Both the position numbers and the translations under genes were made by a program. 64,000 bases of DNA from Nitrospina sp. (GTDB taxonomy: Bacteria; Nitrospinota; Nitrospinia; Nitrospinales; VA-1): NCBI GenBank assembly GCA_018702695.1, contig JABIYR010000158.1, positions 2,541 to 66,540 of the forward strand, given 5' to 3'. Under the pieces are notes generated by a model that saw only the letters and a program-made list of their open reading frames with translations, did not search any database and had not been told where the DNA came from. Position 1 is the stretch's first letter. Every line of letters starts with the position of its first letter. Shown here piece after piece: positions 1 through 11,510 of this stretch.

Positions 1-82
1 GCCATATTTTGTTTTTTTGTTCACATTCATATTCATTGAACCGGCGGCGGTAAATTTTATCCAAACGTTGATTTTCAGACAT
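1..82 (-). CDS. partial CDS (first 27 codons only, continues past window start); N-terminus resembles SAM-dependent methyltransferase-type proteins
   Basis: Minus-strand ATG at 82 reads MSENQRLDKIYRRRFNEYECEQKNKIW and stays open to the window edge. It lies 33 nt downstream of the GT-C gene stop. No clear SD. Family guess is from memory of similar N-termini only. Confidence 0.3.
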   Translation of the reverse strand, partial: MSENQRLDKIYRRRFNEYECEQKNKIW

Positions 83-115
83 GTCTCGAGTGAGTCTTAG
101 GGTTTTGAAAGTTGG

Positions 116-1606
116 TTAATTGTTAACTAAATCTAAGTGATTGCTTAATTTGAAAAGAGTTACACTCTTTTCTTCGAATTCTAGCTGATGATTAGATTTT
201 AAGAAAGAATATAATGACGGGTTTGTGTTGTGAAGACTATAGTTTGCCATGACGTAGTGGGTTGCTCCGCGTTTGATATAGTCTTCTAATATTGCAGGTG
301 ATATTTTTTCACTTATAGAGTGTCCCCACCCCTTTCTCTGGCTATAATAGAAAAACTGAGGAGAAGCATTTTTATCTTCGACAACAAGAAGGTCTTTTTC
401 GGTTGTGGCTTGCTGGATTTTCTTACCTATTTTCAAATAGGCATCATTAAAATTCAATCTTTTGTTGAGTTTGTAAATGGAATGAATCGGAACAAAAGCC
501 AGCATTAATACAACAAGCCAAGCTATTTTATCTGATTGCCAGTTTGTGCTGAGCTTATGCTTATAATAATTAGAGAGATATACTCCAATGAACACGCACC
601 CAACAGGGATTATGGGCACTTGGTAATATTCGTGGATAAAGTTAAGCTTCGCTGCAATTACAAAGTACACGCATACCGATGCAAACCAGATATGAAATAC
701 CAATTGTTCCTTGTTCTCTCTGGCATGAAACATACCAAGCACTAAAAAGGGGAATGCCGTAAATGCAAACATTTTTTCAACGAGACGAGTCCAGAAAATT
801 AGTTTCCAATATCTAACTGTTGATAAAACATCCCAGTTTGTTATCAAGCTTAACCAAAGATTAGACTCTCCTGACGACTTATGGTGAAGGTCTGAGACGT
901 GGCTATACCAGAGGCCTGGTGGGATCAGAATTAATACGACAAAAACATATAAGGGGAACTGGTAAAATATTTTTCCACGAAACTTGTTCCATGCTAGAAA
1001 TAAAAGCGGGCCTCCCAAATAAAGAGTGGGAAGTTTAACGAGAAACGCAAGAGTTGAGAGCAATAAGGCCCAAACAAAATGCTTCCACTTTCTCGTGTCG
1101 AGCCAGCGAGTAAACATGTATATCATAGCGATTGAGAAAAACAGCATGGCTGATTCGGGCATGAAAACACGGGTATAATAAACACTCAAAGGAAGCACTG
1201 CAAAAAATGCACAAGCAATAATGCCGGCAGTTTCATTGTAGTAGCGCTTCACTAATAAATAGAGAAACCAAATGGAGCTCATGCTAAAAGCGATGGATAC
1301 AAGGCGACCTATTATTTCGTGGAAACCAAGAATCTTATAGAAAATGGCGATGATATAGGTGTATAGAGGGAATTCAAAAGCTCCCAGTTGATTTAGCTGG
1401 CTGGGTGTTGGATCTAAAAAAGACATTCCGTGTGCATAATAATTATAGGCTATTGTTGCCGTCAAGGTTTGTCGCCACGAATGGAAGTCTAACAGAGGGT
1501 TAGTCACTCCCCAGAGGCGAAAAGCTAGGGCAATGAGAAGCACTCCCCAGATAGCTTGAGAAGGAATGATTGGAATAGCTTGTGGGTATTTTTTTTCTTG
1601 ATCCAT
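116..1606 (-). CDS. GT-C fold membrane glycosyltransferase (family 39 / ArnT / PMT_2-like)
   Basis: 496-aa ORF with about 10 or more hydrophobic segments over the first ~380 aa and a soluble C-terminal domain. Architecture and N-terminal loop match ArnT/PMT-like 4-amino-4-deoxy-L-arabinose/mannosyl transferases. Confidence 0.65.
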   Translation of the reverse strand: MDQEKKYPQAIPIIPSQAIWGVLLIALAFRLWGVTNPLLDFHSWRQTLTATIAYNYYAHGMSFLDPTPSQLNQLGAFEFPLYTYIIAIFYKILGFHEIIGRLVSIAFSMSSIWFLYLLVKRYYNETAGIIACAFFAVLPLSVYYTRVFMPESAMLFFSIAMIYMFTRWLDTRKWKHFVWALLLSTLAFLVKLPTLYLGGPLLFLAWNKFRGKIFYQFPLYVFVVLILIPPGLWYSHVSDLHHKSSGESNLWLSLITNWDVLSTVRYWKLIFWTRLVEKMFAFTAFPFLVLGMFHARENKEQLVFHIWFASVCVYFVIAAKLNFIHEYYQVPIIPVGCVFIGVYLSNYYKHKLSTNWQSDKIAWLVVLMLAFVPIHSIYKLNKRLNFNDAYLKIGKKIQQATTEKDLLVVEDKNASPQFFYYSQRKGWGHSISEKISPAILEDYIKRGATHYVMANYSLHNTNPSLYSFLKSNHQLEFEEKSVTLFKLSNHLDLVNN

Positions 1607-1675
1607 GAGCTTTAAAAAGAAAAGTATAAAAAGTGTTTTTATAGAGGTTTTGTTTTTTAACCCAGTCTTAGAAGA

Positions 1676-2788
1676 CTAATTAGGTGGTGCATTTAGTATT
1701 TTCGTGGTTTTACTTACCAATGCTTCGGTTGCGATGGCTTGACCATAGGGGTTCCAATGTCCATCGGTCTTAAATTCAAACCTTTTATGATTAACGGTGA
1801 ACTCATTATGAAAATTACCGTGAAGGTCAAGAAAATAGGCTCCATGATCTTCTGAGGTTTTTTTCATCATAGTGTTCAATTCATTGGGTTGACTGCGCTC
1901 GTCAGGTGTAGCGTTTTGATAAATTGATTGAGTGTCTCCATTCATAGCGAATAATATTTTTATGCCTCTTTCCGTAGCAATTTTCATGATATTTGAAACG
2001 ACATAATTCGCTAATATTTTATCTTTATCTTTGTTGTCCGTTAGCATGGATGCATCCATATTCATCTTATATTGTTCGTTCAGAACGAGACTTTTGATGT
2101 AGGAAATACGGGTTCTTAGCTTATATTGATAGAAGATATAACGCATAAAGCGAAAGTTCAAAAGTTTATCCCATTTGGGTTCATAGGGTCGAGGAGGGAT
2201 CTCCACGACCTGTCCATCCTCGGCTATAGAAAGCCTCAGAAAGGTTCCTCCATACCGCCCTGAGGCCATTAAATCTTTTTGGTAAGAAGAGGAGAAGTCA
2301 TTGTGAATAATAAGAAATATAATTACCGAGGGTTCATATTTTAAAACTTCTTTATTAAACATATGGAGGTATTGAGCCAGGTGGGCTCCTCCGATGCCGA
2401 AATTATAAACTTCATATTTGTTTGACCCGAGTTTTTGCTCTAAAAGAAACGGGATTGCATTTTTATACCCCGGCTCCAGAGCCGCAATATAGGAATCGCC
2501 AATGACGGCAACCCTTGTTTTATTGTTTTTATCAATGGAGTAGCGTTTATGGTGTGAATTCCAGCCATTTTCGTTGATAGAAAATGGGGCGGAAAATTCA
2601 TTGCTTAATTTCGTGACTCCCTGTTGATTGTGTCTGTATCGAATCATGTCATCTTTAAACTCAACTCTGGCAACATCTGTGGCCGTTATAAAAAATTGAA
2701 GCACCACGTATTCAAGAGTGATCAGTAGAAAGATCACGCTCACCGATACCAGAATAATATTTTGTAACCAATTTTTCATTAATTGCAT
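1676..2788 (-). CDS. SGNH/GDSL-family hydrolase with N-terminal membrane anchor
   Basis: 370 aa with one N-terminal TM helix (IILVSVSVIFLLITLEYVVL). Block I is VAVIGDSYI (GDS), block III is GIGGAHL/FLIIHND, and the C-terminal DGHWNPYG supplies the DxxH catalytic pair. Confidence 0.7.
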   Translation of the reverse strand: MQLMKNWLQNIILVSVSVIFLLITLEYVVLQFFITATDVARVEFKDDMIRYRHNQQGVTKLSNEFSAPFSINENGWNSHHKRYSIDKNNKTRVAVIGDSYIAALEPGYKNAIPFLLEQKLGSNKYEVYNFGIGGAHLAQYLHMFNKEVLKYEPSVIIFLIIHNDFSSSYQKDLMASGRYGGTFLRLSIAEDGQVVEIPPRPYEPKWDKLLNFRFMRYIFYQYKLRTRISYIKSLVLNEQYKMNMDASMLTDNKDKDKILANYVVSNIMKIATERGIKILFAMNGDTQSIYQNATPDERSQPNELNTMMKKTSEDHGAYFLDLHGNFHNEFTVNHKRFEFKTDGHWNPYGQAIATEALVSKTTKILNAPPN

Positions 2789-2825
2789 GAGATGAGTGTG
2801 AAGATGTTATTTTTATAAGGTCACG

Positions 2826-4439
2826 TTATTGTTTTTCAGACCAAGCGGCCAGTTTCTCGCGAAATATTTTGGCATTATGCCTGACATCTACCGGGAAATC
2901 AGAGAAATAAAGTATTTTCTTTATCGAGCGGGTATGCGGGAAGGTGGCTCCAAGTTCCAGCAATTCTTTTGAAAAGCTTTGTGGGTCTTGAGTCACTCTG
3001 TGTTGATTCTCCGGTTCGATAATGATTACTGGCTCGCGCATGCTTCCCAAGCCCCTTCCTACCAACGCCGAGCGTTTGACATCGGGATGCTGATTGAAAA
3101 TAGCTTCGCAGGGAATGGTGAATAATATTTCTCCGTCGATGATGACACGGTGGCACTTTCTGCCGCAGAACCAGAGTCGGTTTTTATCATCCCACTTACC
3201 CACATCACCCATTCGATGCCAGAAGCTATCGCCATCAGGAATTTTTGCCAGCTCGGTCTTGGCCTCTTGCTTGAAATACGATTTTGTGACCCAAGGGGCC
3301 TTCACAATTATTTCACCCGTTTGTCCCTGTGGAAGCTCCAGAGCGGTGTCCCATTTTAAAATCGGTTGATCAGAAATTTGGATGATTTTTATCTCTGCTC
3401 CCGGTATGGGTTTGCCCACGCAGATTCCTTCATCCTGTTGAGCCCATGTTTCATTGACAATTTCCTGCCGATCGATAGATGTGACGGGAAGTGCTTCGGT
3501 GGCTCCATAGGGAGTCATGACTTTGCATTCGGGTTGTAAAATAGTCTCAAAGCGTTTCAACAATGAACCCGAAACCGGTGCGCCTGCTATCAGGATGCGG
3601 CGTAGGGAAGGAAGTCGTATGTCATTTTCATTGCAATAGCGAGTCACGCTGTTCCAAAGAGCCGGGGAGCCAAAACTGCTGGTGATATGCTGTTTCTGAA
3701 TGAGATCAATAATATGGCTGGCTTTGACCTTTGCCGGGCAGGTGAAATCCATGTTGGGGATCACACTTGTCATTCCTATGCCGGTGCTGAACAAACCGAA
3801 TAACGGGAAGGTGGGCAAATCTTTTTCTCCCGGTTGAATACCAAAATGTTCGTGTAAAATCTGAATTTGCTGGTTGAACATGCCATGCGTATACAGAACT
3901 CCTTTTGCCGGGCCAGTGCTTCCACTGGTGAACAAAATAGCCGCATCTTGCGTGTCAGGGGTTTCCTCTGCCTGGTAATGGAGGTGGCCGTTATTTTTTA
4001 CCTGATCCAAGGTAGGTCCTCCCCAGAACCATCTTTTCCCAACTGTTACGGAGAGTTGAATCGACTTGAACGAAGCCGGTAAAAAGGTTTTCACGGCATG
4101 TGCGAGTGGAATAGCAATGATGCCACGCGGTTCAGATTGACGGATACAATGCAGGACATTTTTTTTTCCTAAGCCTGGATCGATCAGGATGGGTATTGCA
4201 CCGGCTTTGAACAAAGCAAACGTGAGTGATACAAAATTGATTCCGTAGGGAACCATGACCAGAACCCGGTCGCCCTTTTTAAATCCATGTTGCAGAAGGC
4301 CCGAGGCGATCAAATTACTCTCACCTTCCAACTCCTGAAAGGTGACTTGCTTTCCGGTTCGGGTTTCAATGATGGCGGTTTGTCCTGGCATTTCTTTTGC
4401 CCAATGCGCCAGACCTGTGGATATGCTGAAAGGTTTCAT
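2826..4439 (-). CDS. AMP-dependent synthetase/ligase (acyl-adenylate forming, fatty-acid CoA ligase family)
   Basis: 537 aa with the adenylation core motif FTSGSTGPAKGV. It also has the TPYGATE and GDVG motifs, and the C-terminal FPVDVRHNAKIFREKLAAW tail typical of a subfamily that includes OleC-like enzymes. Confidence 0.85.
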   Translation of the reverse strand: MKPFSISTGLAHWAKEMPGQTAIIETRTGKQVTFQELEGESNLIASGLLQHGFKKGDRVLVMVPYGINFVSLTFALFKAGAIPILIDPGLGKKNVLHCIRQSEPRGIIAIPLAHAVKTFLPASFKSIQLSVTVGKRWFWGGPTLDQVKNNGHLHYQAEETPDTQDAAILFTSGSTGPAKGVLYTHGMFNQQIQILHEHFGIQPGEKDLPTFPLFGLFSTGIGMTSVIPNMDFTCPAKVKASHIIDLIQKQHITSSFGSPALWNSVTRYCNENDIRLPSLRRILIAGAPVSGSLLKRFETILQPECKVMTPYGATEALPVTSIDRQEIVNETWAQQDEGICVGKPIPGAEIKIIQISDQPILKWDTALELPQGQTGEIIVKAPWVTKSYFKQEAKTELAKIPDGDSFWHRMGDVGKWDDKNRLWFCGRKCHRVIIDGEILFTIPCEAIFNQHPDVKRSALVGRGLGSMREPVIIIEPENQHRVTQDPQSFSKELLELGATFPHTRSIKKILYFSDFPVDVRHNAKIFREKLAAWSEKQ

Positions 4440-4449
4440 GAGCGCATCA

Positions 4450-5220
4450 TTATAAGTTCAGGGCCATCTTGACCAGAGGCAGAGTGACTTTTTTCTTCTG
4501 AAAATAAGATTCTTTATTAATTGTTGAGACCGCATCTTTCATCGAAATGAAATCTCTGGAAATATGAGAAAGCAAATAGTTAATGATGGGTTCTGGCAGA
4601 GTCAGGTTGATGTCTTTTGCGAGTTTTACAATGATTTTAGCGGTGGTAGCATCATCGATGGGTTTGATTTGTGCAACCATTCCCCATTGAAATCGTGAGG
4701 TCAGATAGCTTTCCATCGCAAGGTTTTGTTCGGGCGGGCATCCGGCTGTGAAGGCAAGTTTTCCTCCCTTTTCCATGATCTGATTATAAATATGATAAAG
4801 CTTTTCTTGTGCCAACGGGGAATGTGAAAGCCCCTGCACATTATCCATTAGGAAAAAATCGACATCCAAAAGCTGTTGCAGAGTCGATTCGGCATCGGGG
4901 GAAAGTTCTTGCCCCATTTTCTCAACAAAATCATTTCCCTGGACGCAGACAGCGCGCAACCCCTGTTCGGCAACGCGATTGCCTATTGATAGCAGTAAAT
5001 GGGTTTTTCCCAGATTTTCTTGACCGAAAAGATAGAGCGACTGAAAAGAAGACGGGCTGTTGTTAGAGAATTCCTTTGCGGTTTCAAAAGCAATGCGTGA
5101 CCCATCCGAAACGACAAAATTGGAGAAATTATATTCCGGGTGCGAAGGGAAATTTAGCAATAATTGTTGGCCGGATTTTTGGGTCATGGTTTTATCGGAA
5201 CAGTCCAAGCCTTTTTTCAT
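4450..5220 (-). CDS. hda: DnaA-related AAA+ protein, Hda-like (regulatory inactivation of DnaA)
   Basis: 256 aa. N-terminal QLLLNF resembles the beta-clamp-binding motif of Hda. Walker A-like GQENLGKTHLL, a FFLMDNV box and an LTSRFQWG sensor region are present. No DnaA domain IV. Confidence 0.7.
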   Translation of the reverse strand: MKKGLDCSDKTMTQKSGQQLLLNFPSHPEYNFSNFVVSDGSRIAFETAKEFSNNSPSSFQSLYLFGQENLGKTHLLLSIGNRVAEQGLRAVCVQGNDFVEKMGQELSPDAESTLQQLLDVDFFLMDNVQGLSHSPLAQEKLYHIYNQIMEKGGKLAFTAGCPPEQNLAMESYLTSRFQWGMVAQIKPIDDATTAKIIVKLAKDINLTLPEPIINYLLSHISRDFISMKDAVSTINKESYFQKKKVTLPLVKMALNL

Positions 5221-5284
5221 CCCTGCGATATGTAAAAGGGTTTATGAAAAAAAACAAGAAAATGCCCAAAGGCTTAGATCTGGA

Positions 5285-5710
5285 TTATTTTGGCCCCGCT
5301 TGGATTTCAACATATGATTTTCCTAGCATATGTTCGACCATTATCGAACAAACCCAACCGTCTTTTTCGTAATTTAAAACCGTGGCTTCATGTTTGATGG
5401 AGTTGATGAGACTCCAGCCTTTATTGACCATTTCATTTTGATAAAAAGTGACGGTTTCATTCAGCTTGGCCCATCCCGAATAAAAAAAACGACCCACCTT
5501 CACTGAACCGCTACCCGATTCATAGACGAAGGACTTGGAATGATCCCAATCGAATCCATTGGGAACGGGGATGTCCGAAAAGGGGTAAACCATTTCAGGC
5601 GGGGGTGGGGGAGGCGAGGGTGTTTTGTCGACCCATTTATCCCAAGTTGCGCAACCTGTTGTGAGCAACCAAGTTGAAAAAAATAAAAATAGGGTTATAC
5701 GTTTAAGCAT
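5285..5710 (-). CDS. lipoprotein of unknown function
   Basis: 141 aa. Signal peptide with lipobox LLTTGC, then a proline run PSPPPPPPE. It starts 1 nt after the stop of the upstream small membrane gene. Confidence 0.6.
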   Translation of the reverse strand: MLKRITLFLFFSTWLLTTGCATWDKWVDKTPSPPPPPPEMVYPFSDIPVPNGFDWDHSKSFVYESGSGSVKVGRFFYSGWAKLNETVTFYQNEMVNKGWSLINSIKHEATVLNYEKDGWVCSIMVEHMLGKSYVEIQAGPK

Positions 5711-5711
5711 A

Positions 5712-5903
5712 TTATGCGGTGCCTCCTCCCAAATAGATCACTAGTAAACCTGCCATCATGAGACAAAAACCGATCACTCTCATGGTTCTTGAAGGGATGA
5801 GCGGAATTTTCTGTGCAAAAGATTTTACCTGCTCTGGAAAACAGAAATAAGGAATCCCCTCAAAGACTAACATCAAACCTACGGCATACAGGAATAGTTT
5901 CAT
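5712..5903 (-). CDS. small two-helix membrane protein (DUF2065-like)
   Basis: 63 aa, two hydrophobic helices. The pattern AVGLMLVFEGIPYFCFP ... RVIGFCLMMAGLLVI matches my memory of DUF2065. Confidence 0.55.
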   Translation of the reverse strand: MKLFLYAVGLMLVFEGIPYFCFPEQVKSFAQKIPLIPSRTMRVIGFCLMMAGLLVIYLGGGTA

Positions 5904-6514
5904 AGGTCAGCCTCATCCATTATAAGGGAAATTATTGTTATTGAATTGGTTAAAATAGTGTTCAAAGACTGAAAAGCCGGAGGTAAAGAAAATTATGCGG
6001 TGATAAACGCGAACTTCCGTTGCTTAAGTTGTTTTTGACCCAGCCTGAGAAACCCCTTAACAAGCAGACTCTTAGCCTGATACGATTATCTTTTATCTCA
6101 TATAACGAGTCAATATTTAATTAAAAAGAGGGGGGCCATGCAAGAGCTGTCTGGGTGGGCTATAAATAGGGGTTTTGAGGTTGTAAATAACGGAAAAAGA
6201 ATTATATAATTCTCTAACGAACTCATTTTATTGCCGTGCCTCTTTCAGAGCGTTGAACAATGCCTCTTTGTTGAGCAAACCTTAGAAGTGAAATGGTTCT
6301 CAGGTTCTTAATATCACCCAAGCCTATAAAACGATTCGAGTTTGAGGGCTTTAAATTAAGAAAATTTAATTTTTGTTTAACCTAAAATTAACCGTTAAAA
6401 TATTAAACTTAACTTATATTTAATCGCTCTGATTCGAGAGTACGATTTTTAATTGGGAAGGTCTTTTGCCCAAGAGTTCATTTTTGATTGTTGTCAAACT
6501 GAGGATTAAAAAAT

Positions 6515-7996
6515 ATGTTTAGATCTTTTGCTCATCGCGCCCGCCTTACGGCATTGGTTTTTATGTTTCTACTTACTTTAGGGTGGGTTGTTTCCCCCAA
6601 AAGTCTTTTTGCGTTAAGCAGTCGCACTCAGCCCCTTGCCAGTAATATTTTTGTTGAGATTGCTAAAAAGCAAAACCCCGCAGTGGTGAACGTCAGCACG
6701 AAAGCAAAAGCGGAGGCGGTGCATAAAAACTTTCCTGTTCCGCGACCGGGCCCTGGGCAAGACAGATCTCCCGACCCTTTTCGCGATTTTTATGACCGAT
6801 TTTTTAAAGAACGCCCTAATCAACAACAGCAACAACCCAAACGAGGTATGGGGTCAGGGTTTGTCATTGATAAAGAGGGACATATTCTTACTAATTACCA
6901 TGTCATTGAGGGTGCTGAGGAAATTGTGGTGCTTTTGGATGCGAATGGAAGTGAAAAAGAATACACCGCTACCTTGGTAGGGTCAGACCCCAAAACAGAT
7001 ATTGCTCTGATTAAAATTAACCGCGAAGCCGGTGATGAACGAGAATTTCCTTTTCTTAAACTGGGAAGCTCAGAAAACTTAGAAGTCGGAGAATGGGTTG
7101 TAGCGATTGGCAACCCCTTTGGTCTCAGCCATACCGTCACCGTGGGTGTGGTGAGTGCCTTAGGAAGAAGCATTGGTGCTGGCCCCTATGATGAATTCAT
7201 TCAAACGGATGCCTCCATCAACCCCGGTAACAGCGGTGGCCCTCTGATTAATATCGAAGGTGATGTCATTGGAATTAACACCGCCATCATGTCCGGCAAT
7301 ACCGGTGGTAATGTAGGCATTGGTTTTGCAATTCCGATTAATATTGCCAAGGGTATTTTAAAAGATTTGAAAGAGCGCGGCACGGTTACCCGTGGTTGGT
7401 TGGGAGTGATGATTCAAAAGATTACTCCTGAGTTGGCTAAATCTTTCGGTCTCAACCAAAGTGAGGGGGCGTTAGTGGGGGATGTGATTCCCGATGGCCC
7501 TGCTTTCAAGGGAGGAGTAAAACGTGGCGACGTGATCACCCGTTTTAATGATCAGCCCGTTAAAGATATGGAAGACCTTCCCAAAATTGTGGCCGCAACA
7601 AGGCCTAACTCGGTGGTTGATGTTGAAGTGATTCGCGATGGCAATAAGAAAACATTGCGCGTCAGCATCGAATTATTAAAAGATGTACAACAGCCTACCG
7701 TTGTGGCAAAAGCCGACCCTCTGGGCCTTCAGGCTCAGGACATCACCGATGAATTAGCTAAAAATCTGCAACTGGAAAGCTCAAACGGGGTATTGGTTTC
7801 TGATGTGACCGCAGGGGATGCCGCCGCAGAGGCGGGGATTCGCCGAGGAGATGTGATTTCAGAAATGAATCGTTCCGCTGTTAAAAATATGGCCGATTAC
7901 CATAGCCTCCTGACCTCTGTGAAAAAAGGGACATCCGTTTTGTTCCTGATCAAGCGGGGAGGAAGCACCATCTATATCGCTGTCAAAGTCGAATAG
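6515..7996 (+). CDS. htrA: periplasmic serine endoprotease, HtrA/DegP/DegQ family (protease domain plus 2 PDZ)
   Basis: 493 aa with a signal peptide. Catalytic triad contexts are LTNYHVIEG, DIALIKI and GNSGGPLINI. Two PDZ-like segments follow (GALVGDVIPDGPAFKGGVKRGDVI; GVLVSDVTAGDAAAEAGIRRGDVI). Confidence 0.93.
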   Translation: MFRSFAHRARLTALVFMFLLTLGWVVSPKSLFALSSRTQPLASNIFVEIAKKQNPAVVNVSTKAKAEAVHKNFPVPRPGPGQDRSPDPFRDFYDRFFKERPNQQQQQPKRGMGSGFVIDKEGHILTNYHVIEGAEEIVVLLDANGSEKEYTATLVGSDPKTDIALIKINREAGDEREFPFLKLGSSENLEVGEWVVAIGNPFGLSHTVTVGVVSALGRSIGAGPYDEFIQTDASINPGNSGGPLINIEGDVIGINTAIMSGNTGGNVGIGFAIPINIAKGILKDLKERGTVTRGWLGVMIQKITPELAKSFGLNQSEGALVGDVIPDGPAFKGGVKRGDVITRFNDQPVKDMEDLPKIVAATRPNSVVDVEVIRDGNKKTLRVSIELLKDVQQPTVVAKADPLGLQAQDITDELAKNLQLESSNGVLVSDVTAGDAAAEAGIRRGDVISEMNRSAVKNMADYHSLLTSVKKGTSVLFLIKRGGSTIYIAVKVE

Positions 7997-8039
7997 CTCA
8001 AAGTTTGGTGTCTCTGTTTTATTTTAGATCAGTCAGTTT

Positions 8040-8080
8040 AGGGGTATGGGTTCTTTAAGAACCCTGCCCCTTTATTATTT
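8040..8080 (+). terminator. rho-independent terminator candidate after first htrA
   Basis: AGGGGTATGGGTTCTT/AAGAACCCTGCCCCT imperfect hairpin (perfect core GGGTTCTT/AAGAACCC), followed by TTTATTATTTT. Confidence 0.55.
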
Positions 8081-8103
8081 TCCTCCAATTACACTGCTTT
8101 AGC

Positions 8104-9477
8104 GTGCGCCTTTTCTTAAAATGCTTCTTAATAGTCATGATGTTTGCCGTGACGGGGCAATCGTTTGCCAATGCAGATGAACGCTATAATCGCAGAACCC
8201 CTCTTGTAAGGGCCGTCGAGAAAGTCAGCCCGGCTGTTGTAAATATCTATACGACTGAGGTTTCACGGTCGGCGCGAAATCCTTTTAGACGTTCTGGCAA
8301 TAAGTTCTTCGATCAATTCTTCAAAGATTTTCTTCCCCCCACTCCAAGTCAAAAGCGGAGCCTCGGTTCAGGGGTTCTCATTAATGCCGAAGGTTTTATC
8401 TTAACGAATGAACATGTTGTCGCGCGAGCCGCAAAGATTCATGTCATCTTGAGCGACAAACAAGAGTTTGATGCCAGTGTTATTGGCGCAGATATGAAGT
8501 CTGATTTAGCCATCATCAAGATCAATTCAGACAAGCCGCTTCCTTATGTAAAGATGGGGCGGTCGGATGACTTGATGATAGGCGAACAAATTTTAGCTAT
8601 CGGCAACCCTTTTGGTTTACAGCAAACCGTTACGACCGGAATCATCAGCGCGTTGAACCGAAATATTCGAGCCGGGAAAAATATGGTGTACAGCGATTTT
8701 ATTCAAGTCGATGCCTCGATCAATCCCGGAAATAGCGGTGGAGCTTTATTAAATATCAATGGCTCGCTTATAGGGATTAATACCGCCATTTATCAAAAAG
8801 CCGAAGGTATTGGATTCGCAATTCCGATTGATCACGCCAAGCGGATTGTTGACGAGTTGATTCGTTATGGAAAAGTTCGGCGCGGTTGGCTGGGTATTTC
8901 GGTGCAAGAGTTGGATGCCCAACTAGCGCGCCATTTTAAATTGGATCGGCAAGCAGGAGTGCTTGTCGTTGGCGTTGCCGATTTAAGTTCAGCGGGAAAG
9001 GCAGGGGTAAAACGTGGCGATATTATTCTCAAAGTGGATGAACATGCCGTGACGGACAAATCTGATTTTCGTGGACGTATGGCTTCCTATACCGTGGGAA
9101 GCTCGATCCATTTTTCAATCTTGCGCGAGGGGAAAACCCTAGCACGGACCGTCCGGTTGACATCCATTCCAAAAAGTTATGTCAAAGAATTTACTCGGCA
9201 CTGGTTCGGTTTGCAGGTTCAGGAAAACAATGAACGTTTTGCCCGGTCCAACAGATTGGCGACTTCGAAGGGAATGGTTGTCATCGAAGTCGTTCCCAAT
9301 AGTGTGGCGGGTAAAATTGGTATCAGCTCAGGGGATGTCATTCGCAAAATGAATCAAAACCGTATTGATAGCGAAGAAGATTACAACAAGGCTGTGGCCG
9401 ATTTAAACAACCCCGATCGCATTTTGCTTCTGGTTCAAAGAGGTCGACAAGGTTATTATGTAACCTTAGAACCTTGA
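8104..9477 (+). CDS. second HtrA-family serine protease (protease domain plus 2 PDZ)
   Basis: 457 aa from a GTG start, with signal peptide MRLFLKCFLIVMMFAVTGQSFA. Triad contexts are LTNEHVV, DLAIIKI and GNSGGALLNI. PDZ segments include GVLVVGVADLSSAGKAGVKRGDII. Confidence 0.9.
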   Translation: MRLFLKCFLIVMMFAVTGQSFANADERYNRRTPLVRAVEKVSPAVVNIYTTEVSRSARNPFRRSGNKFFDQFFKDFLPPTPSQKRSLGSGVLINAEGFILTNEHVVARAAKIHVILSDKQEFDASVIGADMKSDLAIIKINSDKPLPYVKMGRSDDLMIGEQILAIGNPFGLQQTVTTGIISALNRNIRAGKNMVYSDFIQVDASINPGNSGGALLNINGSLIGINTAIYQKAEGIGFAIPIDHAKRIVDELIRYGKVRRGWLGISVQELDAQLARHFKLDRQAGVLVVGVADLSSAGKAGVKRGDIILKVDEHAVTDKSDFRGRMASYTVGSSIHFSILREGKTLARTVRLTSIPKSYVKEFTRHWFGLQVQENNERFARSNRLATSKGMVVIEVVPNSVAGKIGISSGDVIRKMNQNRIDSEEDYNKAVADLNNPDRILLLVQRGRQGYYVTLEP

Positions 9478-9481
9478 ATAA

Positions 9482-11503
<2,022 letters not shown>

Positions 11504-11510
11504 GGCTCAA

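Noticed and set aside
6008-6040. GAACTT...sigmaE-like -35 element upstream of htrA
   Set aside because: No matching TCTGA/TCNAA -10 element lies at the correct spacing, and it is ~480 nt from the start codon.
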